A DNA stretch of 64,000 nucleotides from a virus (IMGVR_UViG_3300032218_003786:5717-69716); one strand, 5' to 3'. Numbered from the stretch's first letter, positions 24,215 to 36,600 are shown. Made by a program: numbers and translations. Notes: generated by a model not told the origin, from the letters alone.

Positions 24215-25332
24215 TCCTTAGGGACGTACAATTTTCCGCGCCATGCAAGGCCAGAGCCGGTCCATGAGGCAAAGTCAGGCTGCCATTCGCCAGCCGACTG
24301 CCCCCATCGCTCAATTACCGCAAACCCAGCAGCCCATCGGCTTACTTGATGCTGGGACAGGTATCCTAGTTCGGTTCTTCGACACATCATGCCCGTCGAG
24401 ATTGCCGCAAGGCGACGCTCGTCAACGCCCGCAAAGCCGCCAACGGTTTTAAAGGCAAGGCCCTGTGAGTGGTCGTGGCCACCAACGACAGAAACGCCTG
24501 CAGCATCGACAATGGGCATGATGCTTGCGCCGCCGCCAGTTGTCCTTGAGTACGTGCCGTGAGTTGCAATTAGGTCTGGGGCAATCTGGTAGTAGGAGCG
24601 CAAGTTTTCTGGGCCAGAAAATGCCGTTCCTTCGTATACGGCTGGCTCTATGCCAAGCGATTCAAGGCGAAGCAGCGCAGCGAGGGAAAGAAGTTCTACG
24701 CCAGCAGCGTCGGTCATTCCGACCAGTTCTGGAGCCTTGCGCGCAAGCCACTTGCTCATTCGTGCTTCGTGGTTGCCATAGATAAAGATAATCTTTGCAT
24801 TCTTTCCGGAAGCAGCCCTAATCTCCGCAAGGCGGTCGTAGCAATGCTGAAGTTCTGCTTGGATAGACATCCCAAGCCTTGGGTCTCTATCAAACGCGCT
24901 GGCAGCGGTCAGGTCAAGGATATCACCCGTCAGGACAATCTTGTCGGGCCGCTCTGCAGCAAGGAATGTTAGGAAGGCGGCAAAGACATTGCCATCCTCA
25001 AACGGAAACTGGAAGTCGCCAGCCGCAACAACTAACTCGCCACGGTTCTTTGTCGGCTCACCAATACGCTTAACGTAATCAATACGCTTAGTCTCAACCA
25101 TACCAATCTTCTCAAGGTCCTGAAGTTCATCTAGTGAACTTGCCTTGGGGATTCGGTTATGTCCACCGTTCAGTTTTCTCCCGTCAGTGATGTCTGTCTC
25201 GCCTCGGCGTAGCCGATCTCGCTTTACGCGATACGAGTCAAACCCGCGCCCGGGGTACTTTTTACTAAAGTCTTCCCAATCTAACTTAAGAGAGTCTTTT
25301 CGCTCAGCCTCGGTCCAATAGCGCGTAGGCAT
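24211..25332 (-). CDS. Calcineurin-like metallophosphoesterase
   Basis: GDFQFP, GDILD, GNHE, ATHG, GHDH motifs. Confidence 0.9.
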   Translation of the reverse strand: MPTRYWTEAERKDSLKLDWEDFSKKYPGRGFDSYRVKRDRLRRGETDITDGRKLNGGHNRIPKASSLDELQDLEKIGMVETKRIDYVKRIGEPTKNRGELVVAAGDFQFPFEDGNVFAAFLTFLAAERPDKIVLTGDILDLTAASAFDRDPRLGMSIQAELQHCYDRLAEIRAASGKNAKIIFIYGNHEARMSKWLARKAPELVGMTDAAGVELLSLAALLRLESLGIEPAVYEGTAFSGPENLRSYYQIAPDLIATHGTYSRTTGGGASIMPIVDAAGVSVVGGHDHSQGLAFKTVGGFAGVDERRLAAISTGMMCRRTELGYLSQHQVSRWAAGFAVIERWGQSAGEWQPDFASWTGSGLAWRGKLYVPKD

Positions 25333-25371
25333 AGATAATCCTCCGTGCGTTTTTTGACTTTGGGATTGGCG

Positions 25372-25515
25372 TTAAGCCTTCTTGACAGCCTTCTTAGGGG
25401 CGGGCTTTGCAGCCTTCTTTGCGACAGGCTTTACAGCCTTCTTCGCAACCTTGGGCGCAGCCTTCTTTGCCGCCTTCTTGTTCTTACCCGAAAAGATCCT
25501 GCTCAAAATTGACAT
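25372..25515 (-). CDS. Histone H1-like Lys/Ala-rich protein, 47 aa (not in the ORF track)
   Basis: MSILSRIFSGKNKKAAKKAAPKVAKKAVKPVAKKAAKPAPKKAVKKA; GGAG RBS. Confidence 0.8.
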   Translation of the reverse strand: MSILSRIFSGKNKKAAKKAAPKVAKKAVKPVAKKAAKPAPKKAVKKA

Positions 25516-25540
25516 TTTCACACTCCATGCTAGGTCTGGA

Positions 25541-25813
25541 CTATTTGCCCAGTACCTGCATGATAACAGCGATACCTGCCACTATCAAGGCAAGTACAGA
25601 GCCTCCCTCTGGAAAAGCCCAACGAAGTATGGATCGCTGCTGGGACTCCTTGGCCTCTCTTCGGATCTGGTCTTCCCGCATTTCCGAAAGCGTCAAATGT
25701 ATCTTGTCCATACTGTTTTCGAGGGCATCAATACGTCTAGATACGTCGCTTAGGCGAGTCGTCATTTCACCCCTCCAGTGGGCCCATTCGGTTAAATAGT
25801 CAACATCAGACAT
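25541..25813 (-). CDS. Coiled-coil protein with a C-terminal TM helix (start may be 25903)
   Basis: RLSDVSRRIDALE coil; VLALIVAGIAVIMQVL. Confidence 0.75.
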   Translation of the reverse strand: MSDVDYLTEWAHWRGEMTTRLSDVSRRIDALENSMDKIHLTLSEMREDQIRREAKESQQRSILRWAFPEGGSVLALIVAGIAVIMQVLGK

Positions 25814-25921
25814 TGCCGCAGTTTGCCTTGTTTTTACATTTATGTGAAGCGTTTTACTCCCTACGGACATGTAGGGTGTGCAGGTCTGGCATTCTATGGA
25901 CACATTGCGTAATATGTTTGC

Positions 25922-26323
25922 ATGAAGGGATTGTATGAGACGTTCTTCTCGGTTCTAAGTGCTGATGGCTCGCTGCAAAGCCTGCTCAGGGGCACGTCGG
26001 TCGATAAGAAAGTCTACCCAATTCATCATGTCGGAGCCAGTAAACCTCCGGCGGTCAGGATTGCTGTCCTAAGTGGTAGCAGTGAAATCGGACGGTCTGT
26101 CGAGAGAGTTGTAGTTGATGTGCTGATTGCGTCGGCGAGCGGCACTACTGAACTCAACAGTATCTCGTTCCGGGTCGATGAACTGCTTAACCGAAAACGG
26201 CTTACCGGACCATCAAACATTGCAACGGTGCATCTATGTATCAAGTTACTTGAACGAGATGCATACGATGCGAAATCGCTAGAGTATCGGCGAATTGTCC
26301 GGTACGGCGTAATAATGCAATAA
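25922..26323 (+). CDS. Tail terminator protein
   Basis: Size, position before the tail tube, DGSLQSLL...VYP pattern. Confidence 0.75.
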   Translation: MKGLYETFFSVLSADGSLQSLLRGTSVDKKVYPIHHVGASKPPAVRIAVLSGSSEIGRSVERVVVDVLIASASGTTELNSISFRVDELLNRKRLTGPSNIATVHLCIKLLERDAYDAKSLEYRRIVRYGVIMQ

Positions 26324-26338
26324 AGCAGGAGAAAGAAA

Positions 26339-26899
26339 ATGTTGACACTTGGATCTGGTCGCGTTTACGTGGCCAATTGGTACAGTGGCGCATCGACAAC
26401 GCCGAGCACGACCTACAAGGCCGTGACCAGCGCGTCGACCGAGTCACAGTTGTTTGAGATCGGCGAGATTGCTGGGGATGTTGAGTTTGACCTTAACTTC
26501 CAGGAGAAGGAGTTCTACGGTCAGTCGAACTTTGCTATCCAGAAGGCTTTCTACGGCGGAAAGTGCGAAATTCGTTGCAAGAAGGTTGAGTTGAACCTTG
26601 CGAACCTCCAGAACTTCTGGACGCGCGATAGCCTTCTTAGCCGCGATGCATTGAGTTCGTATGACCACGACGTGACGGCCAACGGCCTTCCACGCCCACT
26701 CTACGTTAAGTTCGTTCATACGCGCTCGGACGACCCGAGCAAGACGGTAACGGTACACCTTTACAAGGCGTTTAGCCCAAAGTTGACCTTCCCGTTCACG
26801 CGTGAAGACATCACCACCATGGACATTGATTTCATGGGCGTGACCGATCGCGACATTCTTGGCGCCTCGGACAAGATCCTTCTTGTCGAAGCCGCCTAA
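26339..26899 (+). CDS. Major tail tube protein
   Basis: MLTLGSGRVY..., position before chaperone and tape measure; terminator follows. Confidence 0.8.
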   Translation: MLTLGSGRVYVANWYSGASTTPSTTYKAVTSASTESQLFEIGEIAGDVEFDLNFQEKEFYGQSNFAIQKAFYGGKCEIRCKKVELNLANLQNFWTRDSLLSRDALSSYDHDVTANGLPRPLYVKFVHTRSDDPSKTVTVHLYKAFSPKLTFPFTREDITTMDIDFMGVTDRDILGASDKILLVEAA

Positions 26900-26927
26900 T
26901 TTGCCAACGGCTTAGGCCGTTGTCAAT

Positions 26928-26965
26928 GTTCCCCGGTGGCTTCGGCCACTGGGGAACGCACTTTC
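26928..26965 (+). terminator. Hairpin after the tail tube gene
   Basis: gttccccggtggc-ttcg-gccactggggaac. Confidence 0.65.
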
Positions 26966-27048
26966 TACCTGCCCCCACCCAAAATCGTTAGATTTTGCTG
27001 TACAATCATTATGCCAACTTTGGCAGGTAGTTGATAAAGGAGACACCA

Positions 27049-27369
27049 ATGGCAGACCTAAGCGTAGTCCGCAATAAGGGCGCGTTGACCCTTAACGATT
27101 TGGCGGACCTTGAGGAGAAGTTTAATACTCGCCTCGATTCACTAGACACAACGCGATTCACCGTGCTTCGATTCATCATGTGGCTTGTTATTCGCCGCGA
27201 AGAGCCAGGCGTAACAGAGCATGTTGTTGGCGAGCGCTACAACCTTGAGACGCTACAGAACGACGCACTCGCCGTGCTTCGACGATCCGGCTTGCTGCCG
27301 CAGGTTGAAGAGGGTGGCGCAGTAGAACCCGCTGAGGCACTCAAAGAGGGAAAAGCGCTCGGGGAGTAG
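27049..27369 (+). CDS. Tail assembly chaperone (gpG-like)
   Basis: AAAGGAG RBS; position in the tail operon. Confidence 0.8.
   Translation: MADLSVVRNKGALTLNDLADLEEKFNTRLDSLDTTRFTVLRFIMWLVIRREEPGVTEHVVGERYNLETLQNDALAVLRRSGLLPQVEEGGAVEPAEALKEGKALGE
27348..27354 (+). other. -1 ribosomal frameshift slippery site G GGA AAA
   Basis: X XXY YYZ in the correct phase; the -1 frame is open into 27399-27674. Confidence 0.85.
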
Positions 27370-27398
27370 CCTGGTCGGAGATTGACTGGGGTGGGATC

Positions 27399-27674
27399 AT
27401 GGCTTCATACGCGGATGCGTATGGCTACACCCCAGAACAATTTCTTTCACTGACGCTCCCAAACCTCACGCACTTTGGCGACTATGCGCATCGACAAGCA
27501 GAAGAAATGAAAAACCCTAAGAAGGGTAATGCAGGTCGAGAAATCAAGCGCCAAGGGCAGTGGAAGAGCGATACTTCAGTAGAATCACTTATTGCTCAGT
27601 TCGGCACAAAAGAAGCAAAAACGATGGTGCTGAATGAGGCAATGGGAAAGCCGCAAGATCCCCCCAAGCAGTAG
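27399..27674 (+). CDS. gpT-like frameshift extension of the tail chaperone
   Basis: In the -1 frame of the upstream gene; YGYTPEQFLSLTL. Confidence 0.75.
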   Translation: MASYADAYGYTPEQFLSLTLPNLTHFGDYAHRQAEEMKNPKKGNAGREIKRQGQWKSDTSVESLIAQFGTKEAKTMVLNEAMGKPQDPPKQ

Positions 27675-27687
27675 AAGGTTGTAATTT

Positions 27688-30600
27688 ATGGTTGACGAAA
27701 ACCAGATACCTGGCGGATCAGGAGAGGAAATATCACTAGATTTCTCTGCCGATACCGCACTTTCTGCCGCTGAGCAACTAGACCAACTTGCCAAGTCTCT
27801 TGACGCCGCCGTTGCGGCTTTCAGCAGGGCCACCTCAGAAGTTGCCGGCGGTTCTACGGATACGAGTGGACTTGATGCCCTTCTAAGCGCTGCTGAGCGC
27901 TTAGCAGATCCGGCGCTTGCGGCAAGAATCACAAATACTTATAAATCTATATCCCAGAACTCTGAGTTTGCGCGCTCCTCCATGATGACTGCATCAATTC
28001 CTGGCGGCCAAGAGGCAATTATCCAGAAGCAGGTGGAGGCAACAAAGAAAACAACAACTATCCTGGAAGGAGAACTCCTAAAACTTCGCGAGGCAAAGCA
28101 GGCAATTATTGATGCCGGCGGAGAAAATGTTAAAGCCTCAACAGATGCAATTGATAAAATAATTTCAGAGATTTCTTCAAATGTCCTAAAGGCAGTACAA
28201 ACAACTAATGCCAAAGGCGAGGCCACACAAGCGGCTATATCAACACCGGCAGCGTTTATCAGCACAATAATTGACAGCGCGGAACTAAGGGCTGCAATAA
28301 AAACACTTGTTGAAGATGCCTCTTCGAAGACAATTTCTGAGGCCAGGAAAATTGCCGCATCAGCAGCAAGCGCTTCAGTAAGGCGGACCGTTACGCTGGG
28401 TAGGGATACGGAGTATAAAGACTTCCAGGTAGAAGCGGTTAGGGAAGTTGTTGACCCGGCAACGGGGCGCGTGGAAACAACCGGCGCCAGAGCCAAAGAG
28501 AACAAGGCCTTCAGCAGGCGTCCGGCGCGGCTGTTTGCTGATACCTATCAAGTAAGGGCAGAAGCCCAAGCGGCAAGGGACAAAGCAGCCAGAGAGCACG
28601 ACGAAGAGATTCGCCGCCAGGAGGAGGAGTCTCGCGCGGCGGCCAGGGAAGAGGCAGCAGCCAGGGAAGCCGACCGAAAGAGGCAAATAGAGGAACAGAA
28701 TGCAATCGCCGCTAACTACAGCAAGGGAAAGCGCGTCGACCCCACCTCTGCAGTTGGCGGCAAGGAGAAGGTGGCAGAAATTGACAAGGCCTACAAAGAA
28801 AGGCTTGCCGCTAGATCTAAGAAAATAGAGGAAATAACTGCAAGGGTTGAGGAACTAGACGCTGCGGAAAAGTCAATACTTCAGTCTATAACCGAAGAAG
28901 AAAAAGAACTCGTCCAAACATCTTCATACACAAAAGCCTCTGATGTTGCAACTAAGCAGGAATATTTTGTCTCAGAATCTACTGACCCATTCACAGATAA
29001 ATCAGATCAAGAAAAGCAAAAAGAGGCGGCAAGAGAGTCGATTTCTGCAAAATTAAAGCAAGTTAGGGAACTCAGGGAGAAGCGCTTAGCGCTGATTAAT
29101 AAAAGCGCAAGCGTTGCGAGCGAATCAGTTATATCGGGAATGGACACTTCTGCAATTTCAAAAACTACAGAAGAAGTTCTTAGTAACATTGTTCAACGCA
29201 TTGCGGACAAGATGGTTGAAGAATTTGTTGCAGCCGCAGCAAATTCTGGCAAATCTGTAACTGAGGCGCAAGTACAAGCGTTTAGGGAAAGAATAACTTC
29301 TCCGGGCAGGGAGTTGATCAATCTACCGCCCCTAGCGCCCAATAAACCAGGGGAACCAAGAGTCAAAAGTGGCCCCAATAGAGACGAGACCGAAGGCGCA
29401 GCGCTAATTGCCGCTCGAGCCGAGTTGCTCCGCGCACAGGAGCAGTACCCCGTTCTTCGTGCCACTGTTGGCCCTGCAGATCCTGTAGTGAAGCCGCGTC
29501 GCAAGTCTTCTCGCGCTGCCGGCGGCGAAGAAGTGCAGGACGATATCCTCGCCCCAAGGTCAACCGCTCGTGGCGCAGCGTCTATTGATCGCGACTTAAA
29601 AGCGGTTGAGGCAGAACTGCAGGCAAAAGAAGATGTTGCAAAAGAAATTGATAATAGGAGAAGGGCATTTGCTGCCTATATTCGATCAATTGAGGCATCG
29701 GGGGTCGACGCGAGCACCCTATGGTCTGAGTTTGAGGCAAAGATTAAGAAGGAACAAGAAGATAAACTCAAGAGCGCAGAGTCTCAGTTTGATGTAAAGC
29801 AAAATGAAAGAAGCGGCCGTGATACATCAGCAGAGGTAAGCAGGCGCTCGAAGGCCGTATCAAGCGAGGTTGGCTTGGGCGGCATGAATCAAATGGACCT
29901 ATTGATCAAAGTGCAAGATTTGATTGCCAGCAAGGGCGGAAAGAAAGGCGAAACTGAAGGCAAAACCGTTGAGGAGATTCGAGCAACAATTGCCGCAATG
30001 GACGAAGAGGAAAAGAAAATCCTTGATAAGATCAGGGCTGAAGAAAAGATACTTAAAGAGCAGTTAAAGGCACTTAAAGCAGAGAGCAAGGATTCATCAT
30101 ATGGAAACGCGGTCCTCAGGGCGCTTGGCGTTACCAATAGACCACTTGGCAAGCGGGGAGAAGGCGACGGTCGAGTCCCAACCTCATTCAGGGGCATGCA
30201 GCCTGGTGCGTTGTTTGGCGTAACCGGCGACACGGGAGAAGGATCTCTAAAGTCGGATGCGGAGCCATTGTCGGGAGCAAGGAATGTTCCTTCTGAACTT
30301 CTATACGGGGAGCAAATAAAAATAGCCAAGCGGAAAAGCAGCACGTCAGAAGTTCTGCTACCGGAGACGCAACGAAGAATAGCAAGCCCAACGCAGATGA
30401 AGCCTGCTGCCGAGCAGATTAAGCAGAACCTTGATCTTGTTGCTGGTCTTATGGGGGAAATCGCTGGATCCTTAATTGACAAGAAAAACGCAGATCCTAA
30501 GACGCTTATGGACCTCAGAGAAAACATCCTGATACTTATTTCATGGATGAAGTCAATCAACGAATTAAACCTTGATGATGCCAACCTTACGACAGATCAA

Positions 30601-33600
30601 AAGAGTAAACTTCAAGGAATAAAGGAATCATTTGCTGCGCTGTCTACAGGCGAGGCAGCGGGTGCTCTTGGTCTTGCCGTCACTGCCACTGCACCATCTG
30701 GCGTCCTTTCGTCAACAATCCCAGAGGCCAATAGGCAGACCGCCGGGGCAGGCGTTGGTCAACTGTTGCTCGGGCCGCTGATTCCGCTCTTTGCAAAAAT
30801 CGAGCAAGCACTTTCTGCCTACACAGAGTTGCCAACCAGAGATCGGGCAGGAACAGGAAAGATGGAGTCTGTTGGCGACATCAAGATCACCCCAACCCTT
30901 GAAGCAAACGCCGGAGACATTGCAAGGTTGGCCTTTAGCGCACAGATGGGCGATGCGGCAGCCGCTGAGCAACTAGCGGTTCTTGTCGCTGAGCATATTG
31001 CCAAGGGGAATATTCTTGCGCCAGAGTTGGCAGGTCTGATTAAGGATGAGGCAACACGGGCAAAGGTGGTCGCGCCATTTGAGCAGACAGTTAAGACCGA
31101 CAAGGTTGAGAGCCCTGGAACCTATGCAGCGGCAGGCAGCCCGCCGCAGCGGGTTACTGGAGAGCGAAAGGTTTTGGACCTTACCACTGCGGAGTCAATT
31201 ACTGCATTTGTTGATGCAATTCTAAAAAATGAAGACGCACTAAAGCAACTAGCAACTCCCGGAAAGGGTCTTCCCGCTCTCGGGGTAGACCCGCAGATGA
31301 TCAAAGAGGCCCAACTCGAGACTATAGAAATAAGACAAAAGAGTCTTATGTGGGCAGCAGCGGCAGAGGAAACAATTGCTGAGTTCCAGGCCGCCGCAGA
31401 GCATATTGCAAAGATGTTGGAGCAGGCAAGCGTTGATGCAAAGGCGCTTCTCAGTTCAACTAAGGCCGCAAGGAAGTCGGAAGAGAATGCCCCTGGGGTA
31501 GTTGTCCGATCGCAGGCAGAGGGAGGCCTTGCTGACAACGCAGGAGAGAGCGGCAAGAGTTTTGCGCCGTCAAGTCCCGCGAGTGCCTATGCAGAAAGAA
31601 TAATGTTCCACCTGCAGAAGATGGACAACGACCCAGTTTCCGGAGAGGCTGCGGTCCTAAAGCACAGGCGGACCGAGGGAGGCGACCCTCTCCAGGGAAC
31701 GCGAATCACTGAGATTAAGCCGGGGGACGAACTTACCCAGCCGGTAAGACAACTTCTAAGCGCTGTCGCAAACCTACAGGTTGAGTTCGACGGAAGGCCG
31801 GGTCAAGGGATGGACCCAAAACTTGCAGAGATTCTCAGCAGCATACCTGGGTCGATGGAGTTTATTACCAAGGCTCTAGATACTAATCGAGACAAAAGAG
31901 GAGCGGTTTCTTCACAGGAGTCTGACTTAGTTCTTGAAATACTTTCAAAACTTGGCCGAACATTCTCAGTTGCAACAGTAAATAACTCCAATGCTGGCAA
32001 GCAAGCACCGCTCATAAGCGGAAAAGAGGCAGGAAGAATCCCCTTCCAGACGCTTGTTGGCGTCCAGCATGAGGCAGGAAAACCTCTCGCCGAAGACGAC
32101 ATTGCGCTGACAGTTGTCCAAGAGGTCGTTCGCGGTCTAAAACTTATACCTGCTGCGGTTTCCGGAATTACTATTGCCACCCCAGAATACGCATCTAGTA
32201 ACTATGCGGGATTCACAAGGGTGACTGGTGGTCTCGACGTAACTGGGACACGAGGCTATGACCCGAATACCACCGCTCGCGTGCAACCCTACACCACTCT
32301 TACGACGGCAAGAACACAAAATGCCCCACTTGGCCCAGAAGGGGGAGTTGATGTCCCTGTTCCACTAGATTACCTGGCTGGAATTACCGCTCACGAATAT
32401 GGGCACGTTGCATCAGTGCGGGCTACCGGTCGCGCCGTTGCGGCCGGGCAACTTGACGATAGTCTCTTTACTGGACCAAAGGGGAAGGCCGCGCTGGCAG
32501 CGATGGGGCCAGTTGGGGAGTATGGCGGGTCTCTCTCTGAGGCAATGACCGCTGCGCGCGGCGGCACGCGAGAAACCTGGAAACCCTTTACAAAACAAGG
32601 TGGTCACGCAAGAGTTTATGGAGAGGGTGAATCCCAGACGGGTCACGCCGATAAGCCTACCGAACAGATTGCCGATATTGTCGCAATGGCCCTTGGGCAC
32701 GGCGCAGACAACGACTACGTAGCAAGAGACAGGCCAGCCCAGCCAACCACCGGCCTTGCCGCTCTTCAGGATGAGGCCAGAGCAGAAGTGGAAAAAGTTC
32801 TTGCGCAAATTATATCCCCACAGAAAATTGCACAACTAACCGGCCGCGCGCGAGATCGTTCCTACATGCCGTCTGGCGATGCAGTTAAACCAGGAAGATT
32901 CTCAAAACTCCTTGAAACCGTTGCGGCAGAACAGGCAGCGCCAGAGGCCCCCGCGCCACCAGAGACCCCTGCGCCGCCAGCACTTCCGTATGCCGAGCCA
33001 ACCAGGGAAGAGTACGACGCGCAAAATGCGGCAGACCTAAAGGCAAGGAAGGAGCGCGCTGCTGCAGCACGAAAGGCGCGCGCTGATGCAAAGAAGGCTG
33101 CGGCTGCGGCACCTGCTGGCGCGGACTTACTTTCTGGCCTTGTTACCCCGCGAGAGGCCGAGGTTAAAGCGGCAGAAGAACTGGGCGTTAGCACCGAAGA
33201 ACTTGCAACACTCAGCATTGCCCAGACCGAGAACCTCATTAGGCAAAAGCAAGCACAGGATATGGCCGCACGCGCCAAGGCCGATGAAGAGAAGTTGAAG
33301 ACTGCTGGTAGCAGGGCAAAGGCTGCAGGGGCCGCTGGCAAGGCCGCCATGCCGGGCCTTGAGACCCCAATGGAGGCAATGGTTAAGGAAGCCGCTGCCG
33401 TTGGGCTAAGCCCAGACGAAGCGGTTCGCGTTGGGCCAGAAGTTATCGCAAAGAAGCAGAAGCAGGCAACCGAAGACAAGATTGCAGCACTCAACGCAGC
33501 AGACGCTGAGCGTGCCGCCAAAGTCGCCCGAGAGCAGCAGGCTCGCGTAGATGCTGCTCGCGCAAAAGAGGAAGCAGAACAGAAGATTAGGGATGAGCGA

Positions 33601-36600
33601 ACTGCCGCAGCCGCTGAGGCCGCTGCTAAGGCAAAAGAGGAACTTGCAAAAGCCGAGATTGCTGCCGCAGAAGCCGCAAAGCCAAAGGTTGAAGCAGGAG
33701 TTGTTGCTGCTCCGGGCGTAAGCACCAAGCCCGCTACCGCAGCCGCTACGAAGCCAGGAGAAAGTCTCAGCATCCCCGCCCCAGTTGGAGCAGATGTCGA
33801 TTGGGTAAAGTTGCTAGAGGAAGCAATTAAGGGTGGGTTCTCTCGGGTTATTTCTCTTGGAGCAGAGAATAGAGTCAAGGTTGTTGACCAAATGGGCCCG
33901 GACGGAAACTACGTTGGCGGTAGACAACTTGATCAAGGAATGGAGCCTAAGGGCAAAGGAAAAAACTGGAATCTTGATATTAACGATGCCAGTAAAGACG
34001 GGAAACTGGAAGAGGCCTGGATTGAATTTGTTCGCCAGAATGGCCAATGGCTCATTAAGGCGCTTCAGGCTGGTGAGGAACTTTACCTTGGCGCTTGGGC
34101 AACTGGCGAGGGTGCAAGCAGGGCAATCGCAATGGATATCACGACAAGGACTCCCCTTGAAGACCAGGCCGGTGCGCAGGCCGTGGGCCGACGAAGAAGT
34201 CAAGACAGTATCTATCGAGCCGGGGTACCAGCAGGCCAAGAGTACGAACCAATCAAGTACCCAGAAGGTCAAGCGCCAACCGCAATGTCCACAAGAATGG
34301 TTTTGGATGCCAAGGGAAAATGGGTAGAAGCGGTTGCGGAAGCCGCTGTTGATCAGGTTCAAGATAACGCACAAGATAATGTAGAAGAGGCAAAACTTTC
34401 CGAGGCTCGACAGTCATTAATCGATGCAATTACTGCCAAGAGGGATCGACTTGCGGCTGAGGCTGCGGGTGGTTCTGGCGCTGTTGGTGGCGGTGGTGGA
34501 GGGATGCCACCAGCGCCCCCAGTTCCTCCAGCGGGCGGCGGTGAAGATCCAAATCAAGTTGATGCGATTGTAAATCAAGCAATAGCAAAACTTGGAACTG
34601 GCACAAACATGCCAATGCTCAATGAACTTATGGCAAAACTGGTTGCGCAAATTGAACAGATTGTGCAGAGCAGAACTGAACACGCCGCAGCATCTGGCGT
34701 AGCCATTGACCCGACCGCATTGCGAAACACATTACTGTCATCAAATGTTGGCGGATTGAATGATCTATTTAAATTCCTTACTAATTTGCAAAACGTGGCA
34801 TCAAGCGTTAAGTCGCAGTCGCAACTTCCTACGGTTGATGTTGGCGATAAGAAAATGCAAACCGGCGCTGCTGCCGTAGCATTTGCTTCTGCAACGTGGC
34901 TTCCAGAGGGACTCACAAGAACGCAATTGGTGAAAATTGCAGAAGAGTTTGATCAACTTGGCACCGAAGTTTCACTTCTTATCCAAATGGCAAGGGACGG
35001 AAAACTAAAGATTCAGCAAGAGGTCCAATCTGCCGCAGCAACACCGCCTGGTGGAGCAAAGCCGCCAACGGGTGGAGGCTCAGGTGGCGGATCAGACGGA
35101 GCCAAGCCAGTTGGCCCATGGGGGGACAGCGGCCTATCGTCAGCCCCAGGGTTGGCAATCATTGAGCAATCAGCAGTTCGGCTCAGAAACCTATCAAACA
35201 TCTACCGTGAACTAAACCCACAAGTTGCGCATCTAAAGGGATACACCGACCAACTATCAACATCGCTCCAGTCGCAGCAAAAAGAAACTCAGATGCTGAC
35301 CCAGACCATGGGTCAGTACATGAACATGAATACGGGTATCGTCAATACTATCAAGAGCGCAGTTGGGCGTGCTGCCGGTTTCTTGGTGCTGCAGCAAATT
35401 GGCCGCGAGATCGGTGGCGTATTTGAGCACCTGCAGGGAGGTATCCTCAACTTCAACCAAGTCCTTGAGAACACGCAGGTAGGCTTTAACACGCTGTTTG
35501 CAAACTCAATGGTGGACCACGCCTCCTCAACGAACGCGCTTGTTGCACAACTTAATGCTGCTGGCACACAGATTGGGTTTATGCGGGAGCAGACGCTCTC
35601 TTACAAGGACGCAATTTCACTGACCGCTGGCGCTGCGGACAGGATGGTTGCGGAGATTAGAAATATTGCCAACATCACTCCATTCCGCTTCCAGCCACTT
35701 GTTGAGGCATCGCTGAAAATGAAGGCGTTCGGATTCGAAACTTCAAGAATCCCAGGAATGATCAACGCCATTTCCAACGCGGTTGCAGCGCTTGGTGGTA
35801 ACGACGAGAAGATTGACCGAATTGCTTATGCCCTTGGGCAAATGAACTCTGCTGGACGCGTATACCAGAACGACATGATGCAGTTGGCAAATGCCGGTAT
35901 TGCTGGTTATCGAATGCTTTCTGAGAAGTTGCTGATGGACCTAACGGCCATGAAGAAATATTCAATGGGCCAACTAAAGGATTTGCCAGAAGAAACTATT
36001 GCAGAGTTCAAGAGGATGCAAAAAGAGATTGGCAGCGCATCGTTCATTAAGTCGTTCGGAACATCCGATGCAATGATAGCAACGCTGCAAGATCCAAAAC
36101 GCGCAGAGGGCTTGATTCGAGCACTTGCAAAGCGTGGATTCCTCCTCGGCTCAACGGCAGCACAGGCAATTACCGAGGGAATGGATAGGCAGTACCAGGG
36201 ATCTGCGGACCGCCTCTCAAAGACAATGACGGGAGCGCTGTCGACAATCCAAGACTTGTCACAGAACTTCATGGCAACGGCATTTGAGCCATTGTACAAA
36301 TCTATCAGGGATACGATTGTGCAAATTGGCCAGTTCATGCTCACCTCAAACGAAATTACCGTATTTGTTGATCAGGTTCGCGACAAGATGCAAACGTTTA
36401 TTAATAGTCTAAAGGGCTTTGGTCCAAGCCTGCAACGGGCCGGAGAAGTATTCATCAATATCTTTGTGGGCGGATTTGGCGCAATCATGGACCAGGGAAC
36501 AGCCTTTGGTGGCGCAATGAGTGGCATTATTGAAAAACTTGGCGCAGGGTTTGCGCTTGTTGGCGACATTTTAACAAATAAAGTTGGACGAGGCCTAGCG

